This document shows positions 38,701 through 54,174 of a DNA stretch of 64,000 nt, piece by piece. Numbering within the stretch: the first letter of the stretch is position 1; every line of letters begins with the position of its first letter. The DNA comes from Eledone cirrhosa (taxonomy: Eukaryota). The notes under the pieces are model-generated. The model had not been told where the DNA came from. It saw only the letters and a program-made list of their open reading frames with translations, and did not search any database. The stretch lies in the NCBI GenBank assembly GCA_964016885.1, contig OZ024741.1, positions 404,550,001 to 404,614,000 of the forward strand, in the 5' to 3' direction. Position numbers and translations under genes: made by a program.

Positions 38701-41700
38701 TGCCTACATGAGTCTGTTTGTCTACATGAGTCTGTATATATGTCTACATGAGTCTATGTATGTCTACATTAGTATATATATGTCTACATCTGTCTATATA
38801 TGTCTACATGATCATGTATCAATGTCTACATGTCTCTCTGTGTATATGTCGGCATGAGTCTGTATATATGTCTACATGAGTGTGTGTATATGTGTACATG
38901 AGTCTGTATATGTGTACATGACTCTGTATATACCTATCTACATGAATCTGTATATATACCTATATGAGTGTGTATATATGTCTACATGAGTCTATATATA
39001 TGTCTAAATGAGTCTGTATATACTCCTATGTCTACATGAACCTATATATATGTCTACATGAGTCTGTATATATGTCTACATGAGTCTATATATATATCTA
39101 CGTGAGTCTATATATATGTCTACATGAGTCTATATATGTCTACATAAGTATGTATATATGTCTACATGAGTATATATATATATGTCTACATAAGTATGTA
39201 TATATATGTATACATGAGTCTGTATATTTGTCTACATGAGTCTGTATATATGTCTACATGAGTCTGTATAGATGTCTACATGTGTATCTCTATATATATA
39301 TATATGACTACATGAGTCTGTATATATGTCTACATGACTTTGTATATATATATACATGAGTCTATATATGTCTACATGAGTCTGTATATATGTATACATG
39401 AGTCTACATATATATGTCTATATGAGTCAGTATATATGTCTACATGAGTATGTGTATATGTCTACATGAGTCTGTATATGTGTACATGAGTCTATATATA
39501 TGTCTACACGAGTCTATATATGTCTACATGAATCTGTATACATGTCTACGTGAGTCTGTATATATAACTACATGAGTATATATTTATGTCTACATGAGTC
39601 TGTATATATATCTACATGAGTATATATATATATATATATATATCAACATGGGTCTGTATATATGTCTATATGAGACTGTATATATGTCTACATGAGTCTT
39701 TATATGGCTACATGTATCTACATATATAACTACATTAGTCTATATATGTCTACATGAGTCTATATATATATATGTCTACATGAGTCTGTATATACTCGTA
39801 TGTCTAAATGACTCTATATATATGTCTACTTGAGTCTGTATATATCTCTACATGAGTCTGTATATGTCTACATGAGTCTGTATATATATCTACATGAGTC
39901 TATATATATATGTCTAAATGTCTCTATATATATTTCTACTTGAATCTATATATGTCTACACGAGTCTATATATGTCTACATAAGTCTGTATATATGTCTA
40001 CATGAGTATGTATATATATGTCTACATGAGTCTATATATATGTCTACATGAGTCTATATATTTCTACATGAGTCTGTATATATATCTACGTGAGTCTATA
40101 TATCTCTCCATAAGTCTGTATATTTGTCTACATGAGTCTGTATATATGTCTACATGAGACTATATATGTCTAGATGAGTCAGTATATATGTCTACATGTG
40201 TCTGTACATGAGTGTGTATATATGTCTACATGAGTATGTGTATATGTGTACATGAGTCGGTATATATGTCTACATGAGTCAGTATATATGTCTACAGGTG
40301 TCTGTATATATATCTACATGTGTCTGTATATATGTCTACATAAGTCTATATATATGTCTACACAAGTCTACATATGTCTACATGAGTCTGTATATATGTC
40401 TACATGAGTCTGTATATATGTCTAAGTGAGTCTATGTATATGTCTATATGAGTCTGTATATATATCTAGATGAGTCTGTATACATGTCTACATGAGTATT
40501 TATATGTCTACATGAGTCTGAATATATATCTACATGTGTCTGTGTATATGTCTACATGAGTCTGTATATATGTCTACATGAGTGTGTGTATATGTCTACA
40601 CGAGTCTGTATATATGTCTACATGAGTCTATATATATGTCTACATGAGTCTATATATATCTACATGAGTCTGTATATATATCTACATGAGTCTATATATG
40701 TCTACATGAGTCTATATATGTGTGTCTACATGAGTCTGTATATATGTCTACATGAGTCTTTATATATGTCTACATGAGTTTGTATATCTATCGACATGAG
40801 TCTATATATACGTCTACATGAGTCTATATTTGTCTACATAAGTCTGTATATATGTCTACATAGTCTATATAGGTCTACATGAGTCTGTATATATGTTTAC
40901 ATGAGTCTGTATATATGTATACATGTCTTTGTATATATGTCTACATGAAACAGTATATATGTCTACATGAGTCTATATATATATCTACATGTGTCTGTAT
41001 CTATGTCTACAAGTGTATGTGTGTATGTCTACATGAGTCTATATATAGCTACATGAATCTGTATATATATCTACATGAGTCTGTATATATGTCTACACGA
41101 GTCTGTATATATGTCTACATGAGTCTGTATATATGTCTACATGAGTCTGTATATGTGTCTACATGAGTCTGCATATGTCTACATGAGTCTGTATATATAT
41201 GTATACATGAGTCTGTATATATGTCTACATGAGTGTATATATGTCTACATGAGTCTATATATGTCTACATTATTCTGTATCTATGTCTACATGTGTATGT
41301 ATATATGTCTACATGAGTGTGTGTATATGTCTACATGCGTCTGTATACATGTCTACATGTGTCTGTATACGTCTACATGACGCTGTATATATATCTACAT
41401 GAGTCTGTATATATGTCTACGTGAGACTGTATATATGTCTACATGGGGTTTATATATATGTCTACATGAGACTGTATATACTCCTATGTCTACATAAGTC
41501 TATATATATATATGCCTACATAAGTCTATATATGTGTGTACATGAGTCTGTATATATGTCTACATGAGTCTGTATATATGTGTACATGAGTCTGTATATA
41601 TGCCTACATGAGTCTGTATATATGTCTACATGAGTCTATGTATGTCTACATTAGTATATATATGTCTACATGTGTCTATATATGTCTACATGATTCTGTA

Positions 41701-44700
41701 TCAATGTCTACATGTGTCTGTGTATATGTCGGCATGAGTCTGCATATATGTCTACATGAGTGTGTGTATATGTGTACATGAGTCTGTATATGAGTACATG
41801 ACTCTGTATATATCTATCTGCATGAATCTGTATATATACCTACATGAGTGTGTATATATGTCTACATGAGTCTAGATATATGTCTAAATGAGTCTGTATA
41901 TACTCCTATGTCTACATGAACTTATATATATGTCTACATGAGTCTGTATATATGTCTACATGACTCTTATATATATATATCTACATGAGTCTATATCTAC
42001 ATGTATATATAACTACATGAGTCTATATATGTCTACATGAGTCTATATATGTGTGTCTACATGAGTCTGTATATATGTCTACATGAGTCTTTATATATGT
42101 CTACACGAGTTTGTATATATATCGACATGAGTCTATATATATGTCTACATGAGTCTATATTTGACAAAATACGTCTGTATATATGTCTACATGAGTCTGT
42201 ATATATGTATACATGTCTTTTTATATATGTCTACATGAGTCTATATATGTCTACATGAGTCTGTATCTATGTCTACATTGTCTGTGTATATGTCTACATG
42301 AGTCTGTATATATGTCTACATGAGTCTATATATGTCTACATGAATCAGTATATATGTCTACATGAGTCTATATATATATCTACATGAGTCTGTATCTATG
42401 TCTACAAGTGTAAATGTGTATGTTTACATGAGTCTATATATAGCTACATGAATCTGTATATATATCTACATGAGTCTGTATATATGTCTACATGAGTCTG
42501 TATATATGTCTACATGAGTCTGTATATATGTCTACATGAGTCTGTATATGTGTCTACATGACTCTGCATATGTCTACATGAGTCTGTATATATATATACA
42601 TGAGACTGTATATATGTCTACATGAGTGTATATATGTCTACATGAGTGTGTATATGTCTACATGAGTCTATATATGTCTACATTATTCTGTATCTATGTC
42701 TACATGTGTATGTATATATGTCTACATGAGTGTGTGTATATGTGTACATGCGTCTGTATACATGTCTACATGTGTCTGTATACGTCTACATGACTGTATA
42801 TATATCTACATGAGTCTGTATATATGTCTACGTGAGTCTGTATATATGTCTACATGTGTTTATATATATGTCTACATGAGACTGTATATACTCCTATGTC
42901 TACATAAGTCTATATATATATATATGTCTACATAAGTCTATATAGGTGTGTACATGTGTCTATTTATATGTCTACATGAGTCTGTATATATGTGTACATG
43001 AGTCTGTATATATGCCTACATGAGTCTGTATGTCGACATGAGTCTGTATATATGTATACATGAGTCTATGTATGTCTACATGAGAACATATATGTCTACA
43101 CGTGTCTATATATGTCTACATGATTCTGTAACAATGTCTACATGTGTCTGTGTACATGTCGACATGAGTCTGTATATATGTGTACATGAGTCTGTATGTA
43201 TGTGTACATGAGTCTGTATACATGCCTACATGAGTCTGTTTGTCTACATGAGTCTGTATATATGTCTACATGAGTCTATGTATGTCTACATTAGTATATA
43301 TATGTCTACATCTGTCTATATATGTCTACATGATCATGTATCAATGTCTACATGTCTCTCTGTGTATATGTCGGCATGAGTCTGTATATATGTCTACATG
43401 AGTGTGTGTATATGTGTACATGAGTCTGTATATGTGTACATGACTCTGTATATATCTATCTACATGAATCTGTATATATACCTATATGAGTGTGTATATA
43501 TGTCTACATGAGTCTATATATATGTCTAAATGAGTCTGTATATACTCCTATGTCTACATGAACCTATATATATGTCTACATGAGTCTGTATATATGTCTA
43601 CATGAGTCTATATATATATCTACGTGAGTCTATATATATGTCTACATGAGTCTATATATGTCTACATAAGTATGTATATATGTCTACATGAGTATATATA
43701 TATATGTCTACATAAGTATGTATATATATGTATACATGAGTCTGTATATTTGTCTACATGAGTCTGTATATATGTCTACATGAGTCTGTATAGATGTCTA
43801 CATGTGTATCTCTATATATATATATATGACTACATGAGTCTCTATATATGTCTACATGACTTTGTATATATATATACATGAGTCTATATATGTCTACATG
43901 AGTCTGTATATATGTATACATGAGTCTACATATATATGTCTATATGAGTCAGTATATATGTCTACATGAGTATGTGTATATGTCTACATGAGTCTGTATA
44001 TGTGTACATGAGTCTATATATATGTCTACACGAGTCTATATATGTCTACATGAATCTGTATACATGTCTACGTGAGTCTGTATATATAACTACATGAGTA
44101 TATATTTATGTCTACATGAGTCTGTATATATATCTACATGAGTATATATATATATATATATATCAACATGGGTCTGTATATATGTCTATATGAGACTGTA
44201 TATATGTCTACATGAGTCTTTATATGGCTACATGTATCTACATATATAACTACATTAGTCTATATATGTCTACATGAGTCTATATATATATATGTCTACA
44301 TGAGTCTGTATATACTCGTATGTCTAAATGACTCTATATATATGTCTACTTGAGTCTGTATATATCTCTACATGAGTCTGTATATGTCTACATGAGTCTG
44401 TATATATATCTACATGAGTCTATATATATATGTCTAAATGTCTCTATATATATTTCTACTTGAATCTATATATGTCTACACGAGTCTATATATGTCTACA
44501 TAAGTCTGTATATATGTCTACATGAGTATGTATATATATGTCTACATGAGTCTATATATATGTCTACATGAGTCTATATATTTCTACATGAGTCTGTATA
44601 TATATCTACGTGAGTCTATATATCTCTCCATAAGTCTGTATATTTGTCTACATGAGTCTGTATATATGTCTACATAAGTCTGTATCTATGTCTACATGAG

Positions 44701-47700
44701 TCTGTATATATGTCTACCTGAGTCTATATATGTCTACGTGAGTATGTATATATATATATTTGACTACATGAGTCTGTATATATGTCTACATGACTCTTAT
44801 ATATATCTACATGGGTCTATATATGTCTACATGAGTCTGTATATAGTCTACATGTGTCTCTATATATATCCAACATGAGTGTGTATATATGTCTACATGA
44901 GTATGTGTATATGTCTACATGAGTTTTTATATGTCTACATGTATCTGTATATATAACTACATGAGTCTGTATATATGTCTACATGAGTCTTTATATATGT
45001 CTACATAGTCTATATATGTCTACATGAGTCTGTATATATTTATACATGAGTCTGTATACATGTCTTCGTATATATGTCTACATGAGTCTATATATGTCTA
45101 CATGAGTCTATATATGTCTACATGGGTCTATATATATCTACATGAGTATGTATCTATGTCTACATTGTCTGTGTATATGTCTACATTAGTCTGTATATAT
45201 GTCTACATGAGTCCGTATATATGTTTACATGAGTGTGTGTATAAGTCTACATGAGTCTGTATATATATCTACATGAGTCTGTATATATGTCTACGTGAGT
45301 CTGTATATATGTCTACATGAGTCTAGATATATGTCTACATGAGTCTGTATATACTCCTATCTCTACATGAGTCTCTATATATATATATGTGTCTACATAA
45401 GTATATATATATGTCTACATGAGTCTGTATATATGTCTAAATGAGTATGTATATATGTGTACATGAATCTGTCTACATGAGTCTGTATGTCTACATGAGT
45501 CTATGTATGTCTACATGAGTCTATATATGTCTACATGTGTCTATATACGTCTACATGATTCTGTATCAATGTCTAAATGTGTCTGTGTATATGTAGACAT
45601 GAGTATGTATATATGTCTACATGAGTCTGTATATGTGTACATTACTATGTATATATATCTACATGAATCTGTATATATGCCTACATGAGTGTGTATATAT
45701 GTCTACATGTGTCTATATATATGTCTACATGAGTCTGTATATACTCCTATGTCTACATGAGTCTATATATATCTCTACATGTGTCTTTATATATGTCTAC
45801 ATGAGTCTATATATATATCTACATGAGTCTATATATATGTCTACATGAGTCTGTATATATGTCTACATGAGTATATATATATATGTTTACAAAAGTATGT
45901 ATATATATATGTCTACATGAATCTGTATATTTGTCTACATGAGTCTGTATATATATAACTACATGAGTCTGTATATATGTCTACATGAGTCTATCTTTGT
46001 CTACATTAGTCTATATATGTCTGCATGAGTGTGTATATATGTCTACATAAGTATGTGTATATGTCTACCTGAGTTTGTATCTATGTCTACATGAGTCTAT
46101 ATATGTCTACATGAGTCTGTACATGTCTACATGAGCCTGTATATATGTCTACATGAGTATATATATATGTCTACACTAGTCTGTATATATGACTACATGA
46201 GTCTATAAATGTCTATATGAGTATGTATATATATGTCTACATGAGTCTGTATATATGTCTACAAGAGTCTGTATACATGTCTATATATGTCTACATGAGT
46301 CTGTATCTATGTCTACATTGTCTGTGTATATGTCTACATGAGTCTGTATATATGTCTACATGAGTTTGTATATGTCTACATGAGTCTGTATATATATGTA
46401 CATGAGTCTGTATATATGTCTACATAAGTCCGTATATATTTCTACATGAGTCTATATATATGTCTACTTGAGTCTATATATATGTCTACATGAGTCTGTA
46501 TATATTGTATGTCTACATGAGTTTATATATATGTCTACATGATTCTGTGTAAATGTCTACATGAGTCTGTATATATGTCTACATGAGCCTCTATATATAT
46601 CTACATGAATCTCTATATATATCTACATGAGTCTATATAGATGTCTACATGAGTCTATATATGTCTACACAAGTCTGTATATATGTCTACATGAGTCTGT
46701 ATATATATATATGCCTACATGTATCTGTATATATGTCTACATGTCTCTGTATATATATCTACATGCGTGTGTATATATGTCTAAATGAGTCTATATATAT
46801 GTCTACATGAGTCTATATTTGTCTACATGAGTCAGTATATATGTCTACATGAGTCTATATATGTCTACACGATTCTGTATCTATGTCTACATGTGTCTGA
46901 GTATATGTCTACAAGAGTGTGTGTATATGTGTACATGAGTCTGTATATATGTCTAGATGAGTCTATGTATATATCTACATGAGTCTGTATATGTTTACAT
47001 GAGTCTGTATATATGTCTACATGAGTCTATATATATGTCTATATGAGTCTGTATGTACTCGTTTATTTACATGAGTCTATATATATGTATACATGAGTCT
47101 GTATATATGTCTACATGAGTCTATATATATATCTACATGGGTCTATATATGTCTACATGAGTCTGTATCTATGTCTATATGTGTATATATATGTCTACAT
47201 GAGTCTGTATATATGTCTATATAAGTCTGTATATATGTCTACATGAGTCTATATATATCTACATGAGTCTATATATAGGTCTACATCAGTCTGTATCTAT
47301 GTCTACATGTGTCTGTATATATGTCAAAATGAGTCTTATATATTTCTACATGAGTATGTGTATATGACTACACGAGTCTGTATATATGTCTACATGTTTC
47401 TATATATCTCTACATGAGTCTGTACATATCTACATGAGTCTGTATATATGTCTACATTAGTCTGTTTGTCTACATGAGTCTGTGCACATGTCTACATGAG
47501 TGTGTATGTCTGCATGAGTCTGTATGTCTACATGAGTCTGTATATGTCTACATGAATCTGTATATATGTCTACATGAGTCTGTATATAGCTCTACATGAG
47601 TCTGTATATATCTCTACATGCGTGTATATATATATGTCTATATGAGTCTGTATATATGTGTACATGAGTCTGTATATATGTATACATGCGTCTGTATGTC

Positions 47701-48137
47701 TAGATGAGTCTATACATGTCTACATGTGTCTGTATATATGTCTACATGATTCTATATATGTCTACATGAGTGTATATATGTTTACATGAGTCTGTATATA
47801 TGTCTACATGAATCTGTATGTGTCTACATGCGTTTTTATATGTCTACATGAGACTGTATATATGTCTACATGAGTCTGTATATATGTCTACATGAGTTTG
47901 TATATATGTCTACATGAGTCTATATATGTCTACATGTGTCTGTATATATGTCTACATAAGTCTCTATATATATATGTCTACATGAGTCTGTGTATATGTC
48001 TATATGAGTGTGTGTATATGTCTACATGCGTCTGTATTTCTGCATGAGTCTGTATATGTCTTCATGAATCTGTATATATGTTTACATGAGTCTGTATATA
48101 TGTCTACATGAGTCTGTATATATGTCTACATGAGTCT
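26757..48137. repeat. ~21.4-kb satellite array, consensus GTCTACATGAGTCT(G)TATATAT (~20-24 bp), with higher-order block duplications
   Basis: Continuous tandem units. Identical ORF-track peptides recur at offsets 9971, 6223/6333, 5449, 4522 and 3638 bp. Confidence 0.98.
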
Positions 48138-48639
48138 TATGTGTAGGAAAGTTGTGTTTTATTGTATGTAGGGACAGTAGCTGTATATTTGATCCGAGGA
48201 TTTAAACATACCCAGTCGATACCTTGTTTGGAGATATCCCTTCATGTCCACACGACAGATATCAAACATATTCCACGGGACACTGTATTTTTATTTTATC
48301 TGTCGGATTAAAATCCAATAAATTGATAGATATGGAAACGAAATTTTTATTATCGTCAGCTTTTCAGGTCATAACATAACTATATATTTAAATATTTTAC
48401 TGCGGTAGTTTGCGAAGTATTCACGTTTGAAATGTTGCCACATTTCAAATAATTCCGACTCAAATCTGTTGCCAAGTCTGTCCAAAATTATAAAAATATA
48501 GACAGGGGAAATCGAAGGGAGAGTTAGTTACCAGCCAAATTAACTTATAGTGCCTTTTTTATTATGTATATTGAATAAACTAAAATAAAGAAGTGTGTAG
48601 TTGTATAGATGGTTTTTATGGCAGAAGCAGACAAAGGCC

Positions 48640-49230
<591 letters not shown>

Positions 49231-49802
49231 GAACGATAATCACTAAAGCATTAAAATAAACAATGTTATTCGGCTGTTAGCCTATTCTCTTCATCATTTA
49301 ATAATTGATTTCGGGCTGTTTTGTTAAAGCCGGCAGCAGATATGTTGTCTGCTGTCAGCTTTCAACCTTCCATTTTATGAATTCCGTCCTTCGGGGGTCA
49401 CCTTTAAATGTGTTGCCTTCTAGACACAGTTAGTGGATCTTATTACCAACAACACCACCCTGGTAGTGTGGGTTGTAGTGGCAGAACGATAAGATAGCTA
49501 TAGTATCGGACAAAATACATGGATCGATGAAATAATTCCCAATCTATCTACTCACGATGAACGATATTTAAAAGTGTGTGCCTTTTCCCGATATAAATGT
49601 CTTCTTGGGCATCAATATGGAACAAAAGGAGAGCTCCCGACCAAGGCGGACAATTTCGTAATTTCAGTTATTTTCCCTTCATTCACGCTGGTAATATTTT
49701 AAGGAATAGAATAAGATTCCTACGATCATATTCCCGCATCTTTCTTTCCCCTAAATTGTATAATATTTTCAATAAGCGAAAAATCAAGCCAGTATTATTT
49801 CA

Positions 49803-49990
49803 GGTGGATTGGCAGTAACGATAGAGGGTCGGACACCATGCTTTGACGCATAGAGTTACGCCCCTTGCCATTCTGAGTTCAAATCCCAAAGAGGTTAACT
49901 TTGATTTTCATCCTTACGGGGTCGATAAAAGAAAGTGCCAGTAATGCACTGGGGAAATTGCTGGCCTTGTGCCAAAAGTATAAACATTTA
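49803..49990 (+). mobile_element. SINE family B
   Basis: ggtggattggcagtaacgatagagg...gagttcaaatcc...tcatccttacggggtcgataaaa...ggccttgtgccaaaag. Confidence 0.8.
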
Positions 49991-50064
49991 ATTCATTATT
50001 AATGTATTATTCTGCCAATTGGACCGTGTATATTTGAGAGTATAATAAACAAAATGGTGGTATC

Positions 50065-50270
50065 TGAATTAGGTACAAGGCCAAGAATTTGGGAGAAGGA
50101 GAAATTCGATTAAATCGACTCCAGTGCGTCACTGGTACTTTATTTTATCGATCCCGTAAGGATAAAAGGCGAAGCTAACCACGACGAGATTTGAACTCAG
50201 AATATAATGGGCAGTATCTATATGTTGAAAAGCATGTAGTCCGATGCTCTACTCTTCATAATAAACAAAG
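50065..50270 (-). mobile_element. SINE family B-related copy
   Basis: Plus strand ctggtactttattttatcgatcccgtaaggataaaaggc...tttgaactcag is the reverse complement of the core and B box. Confidence 0.7.
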
Positions 50271-50643
50271 TAATATATTTTCTTCATTCATAACTATGTG
50301 GCACTGCTGGGGTAGCTCTATCATCAACACCGGTATTTATATTATAAACTTGGGAAGAAAAACTGCATTGTAATGAATTTGGACAAAGTCTCTAGGGTCT
50401 ATCTGGAACACGAAGGTTCATCAGGCCTGGGCAACACACAACCCATTGTAGGAATCGAACCCACGACATTATGATCGTAAGCCAAACACCCTTACCAACA
50501 GGCCACACCTCTCCTCAAAAGAGAGCGTAAAAGGGCTGTAACCACATAAGTCGATGTGTTTTGTCAAAAACTCTATCGATTCTGAAAATCTAACTTGGCC
50601 AGTCAATAGAATTGCTAAACTATTAGAAATGTATGTTGGTATC

Positions 50644-51358
50644 CGATTGTTGTTTGTTGTTGTTGAGCCTCGGCTCATCAGATTGTTGTTTGTTGTTGAA
50701 TCTTGGCTCATCAGATTGTTGTTTGTAGTTGAATCTTGGCTCATCAGATTGTTGTTTGTTGTTGTTGAGCCTTGGCTCATCAGATTGTTGTTTGTAGTTG
50801 AATCTTGGCTCATCAGATTGCTGTTTGTTGTTGTTGAGTCTCGGCTCATGAGATTGTTGTTTGTTGTTGAGGCTCGGCTCATCAGATTGTTGTTTGTTGT
50901 TGAATATTGGCTCATCAGATTGTTGTTTGTTGTTGTTGAATCTCAGCTCATCAGATTGTTGTTTGTTGTTGAGGCTCGGTTCATCATATTGCTGTTTGTT
51001 GTTGTTGAGTCTCGGCTCATCAGATTGTTGTTTGTTGTTGAGGCTCGGCTCATCAGATTATTGTTTGTTGTTGAATCTTGGCTCATCAGATTGTTGTTTG
51101 TTGTTGAATCATGGCTCATCAGATTGTTGTTTGTTGTTGTTGAATCTCAGCTCATCAGATTGTTGTTTGTTGTTGAATCTTGGCTCATCAGATTGTTGTT
51201 TGTTGTTGTTGAGCCTCGGCTCATCAGATTGTTGTTTGTTGTTGATCCTCGGCTCATCAGATTGTTGTTTGTTGTTGAATCTCGGCTCATCAGATTGTTG
51301 TTTGTTGTTGATCCTCGGCTCATCAGATTGTTGTTTGTTGTTGAATCTCGGCTCATCA
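50644..51358. repeat. 33/36-bp minisatellite, about 21 units
   Basis: Unit ctcggctcatcagattgttgttt(gtt)2-3gaat, varying in length by one GTT. Confidence 0.95.
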
Positions 51359-51999
51359 ATATTAATGGATTAATTGAGCAAACTCATGATGAAAAGGATT
51401 CGAACCATAGCAATCCAGTGTTTTTAATTCTATATATTGTTACATTATCCAATGTCTCTGTCCGTTTTTAATATTGTGAAAATTCATTTCAGGAGGGAAA
51501 TTTGACTGCTACTTCTAGCAAGTCAGCCGACAACATATAGCAGTATAGATTAAAAATAAAGCTCATTTTATAAGCTGTGTCCATGTTATTAAGTGGAGAA
51601 TAATGTTTCCGGAAGTACATTTATTATTATACATTTAAGGGGTATTTTTATTTGCTTTATTTGTTAAAAGTTGTTGGAGTTTTTGTTGTTGCTTTTTACA
51701 TGAAACCCTGTTTACAGTGTTTATTTTATAACTTTGTTAAAGAATATTTATAAAGTCTGGTGGTTAACTTTGAAATATTTGCATATCTGCATGGTTTAAT
51801 GAACAGGGGTCTATAGAACAAATGAGGGGAGGCCTTATGCAGGTATATTTGTTTTACTAACAGAACTAATAAGTGTCAGTGATTGTTTTGCTCGTGTTTA
51901 TTGATATTCGGGATATGTGTAGGTGTGTGTGGGGGGGGGGGGGCGTAATTGTTTTGTTTTATTCTGTCTTTGTTTTTTTTATTTTCTTTGTTTTCTGAG

Positions 52000-52263
52000 A
52001 GGGGGGGGGGGGTTCTTTTTCTGTTTTCATTGTGGTTTTAGTATAGTTAGTTTTCTGGAGGGCGGGGGTTCTGTTTCTGTTGTCATTGTGGTTTTAGTAT
52101 AGTTAGTTTTCTGGGGGGGGGGGGGGGGGTTCTGTTGTCATTGTGGTTTTAGTATAGTTTTCTGGGGGGCGGGGGTTCTGTTGTCAGTGTGGTTTTAGTT
52201 TAGTTAGTTTTCTGGGTGGTGGTGTTCTGTTGTCATTGTGGTTTTAGTATAGTTAGTTTTCTG
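52000..52263. repeat. ~50-60-bp tandem repeat (about 5 units) with variable poly-G spacers
   Basis: gttctgttgtcattgtggttttagtatagttagttttctg(g)n is repeated. Confidence 0.85.
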
Positions 52264-52849
52264 TTCAATCAGGAACAGACGTCAGAGAAATACTTTTAAA
52301 AAAAACTATATAGTAGAATAGATCGATTTGTCTGCAGCAATCACTAACAGCTACTAGCACCTTATGATTATCGATCTGAATCTCTTACTGCAACAAATCA
52401 CCATCTTTGATTTACTTTCTCTTCACCTCGTCTATTTCATCATTTCTTAGTTTATTCTTTCCTTTTTTTGTTTTTGCGCCGACTTTTTAAATGTTTTTTT
52501 TTTTCATTCTACCATAATTTGTTGTAGTAGTTGTTGCTGTAGTTGTTGTTATTATTGTTGTTGTTCTTGTGGTATCCTTTCTAGCTTATCTATTTATCTA
52601 TGCTCATTATCTCCTTTACTGCTTTGTAGTCTGTCTGTTCGTTTCCATCTTTACTTGCCAGTCAGTCTGTCTGTCTGTCTATCACTGCTATATGTCTGTA
52701 ATGGCGGCTCTCACTATCATACACTCTATTTAACCATCTCAAGTAATTTGCTTATTTACATATAAATGTATATGAGGGTATTTATCTGCATGTTTGCAAG
52801 CATGTAAAATGTTGTATCCTACATATATAGGCACTCGTGCACACTCATA

Positions 52850-52968
52850 TACACATACATATATGTGTGTGTGTATAACTGTATATATATATGTGTGGGC
52901 TTATAGGTGTATATATATATATATATATATATTATAAATATAGTTTCCATTTATTAATATCGTACATA

Positions 52969-53027
<59 letters not shown>

Positions 53028-53319
53028 ATATATATATATGTGTGTGTGTGTGTATATGTAAATATGCATATAGACATGCATATACACATATAGATTTACC
53101 AATACATACACACTTATAGGCATAGATATACATACTTACTTACAAATGTACACATATCTATATACATATATATAAATACCTATATACATACAAACACACG
53201 CACACACACATACACAGACACACATACACACACACATATATATATACATATATATATATATATACATACATAAGACATACCTAGAAACATATATATATAT
53301 ATACATATATATATGTATA

Positions 53320-53392
<73 letters not shown>

Positions 53393-53403
53393 GTGTGTAT
53401 ATG

Positions 53404-53501
<98 letters not shown>

Positions 53502-53506
53502 CATAT

Positions 53507-53564
<58 letters not shown>

Positions 53565-53580
53565 ATATATACATATATGT
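52850..53580. repeat. (TA)n/(CA)n microsatellite
   Basis: Directly visible. Confidence 0.97.
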
Positions 53581-53897
53581 TCTAATATCAACAGTAAAAG
53601 AAAGATTATCATGTTTATCAATCTGTCGAAGTGGATTACTTTAGATTACTAGGTAAAATATATATTTAAACTACAGCCATCATGTTTCGTTTGAAAATAA
53701 TGTTTGATTGATCAGCTAATCCCTTTAATATATGATAAACATTGACATGTTGCGAGTTTATTTTATAACGAACTTCTATATGTCCCAATTTCGTTAGATA
53801 ATCCTTCGTGCCATCTTATTGCTTTTCTGGTAACTCTTATCTTGGTTGCAGCTAGATTTATAATTACAGACAACACCAGTTCTACTTTAAACTATGC

Positions 53898-54140
53898 ACT
53901 GGTGACTTCTGGTGCTCTTATCCCTAGGACAACCTCTCTACTCACCACCATCAGCACCGAGTTGGCTACCCACAGGTGTGAACCTCGCCAGTTGGAATGG
54001 CTCTTCCAACGCGTCTCCCTCACCATCGTCGGGGAAACGGATCCTCTATTCTGTCCATCAGGGCTTCGGGGCGGCAGCGCGTGGATCCCCATTTGTTTAT
54101 AATAGTGAGAGATGGGAGAGCGGGAGAGTCGGGAGCAGAG
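53898..54140 (+). mobile_element. CRE-type LINE 3' relic
   Basis: TSGALIPRTTSLLTTISTEL...EPRQLEWLFQRVSLTI is paralogous to 6345-6650. Confidence 0.7.
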
Positions 54141-54174
54141 ACTATACTAGCATTACTGTAGTACTGAGTACCTT

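Noticed and set aside
26757-48137. CRISPR-like array or repeat-protein gene (many MSLYICLHES ORFs)
   Set aside because: There are no unique spacers and no cas genes, the context is eukaryotic, and the ORFs are short translations of satellite units with frequent stops.
50644-51358. Tandem hammerhead ribozymes or C/D-box RNAs on the minus strand (CTGATGAG in nearly every unit)
   Set aside because: There is no GAAA box or stem II/III pairing, and no terminal stem or guide structure.
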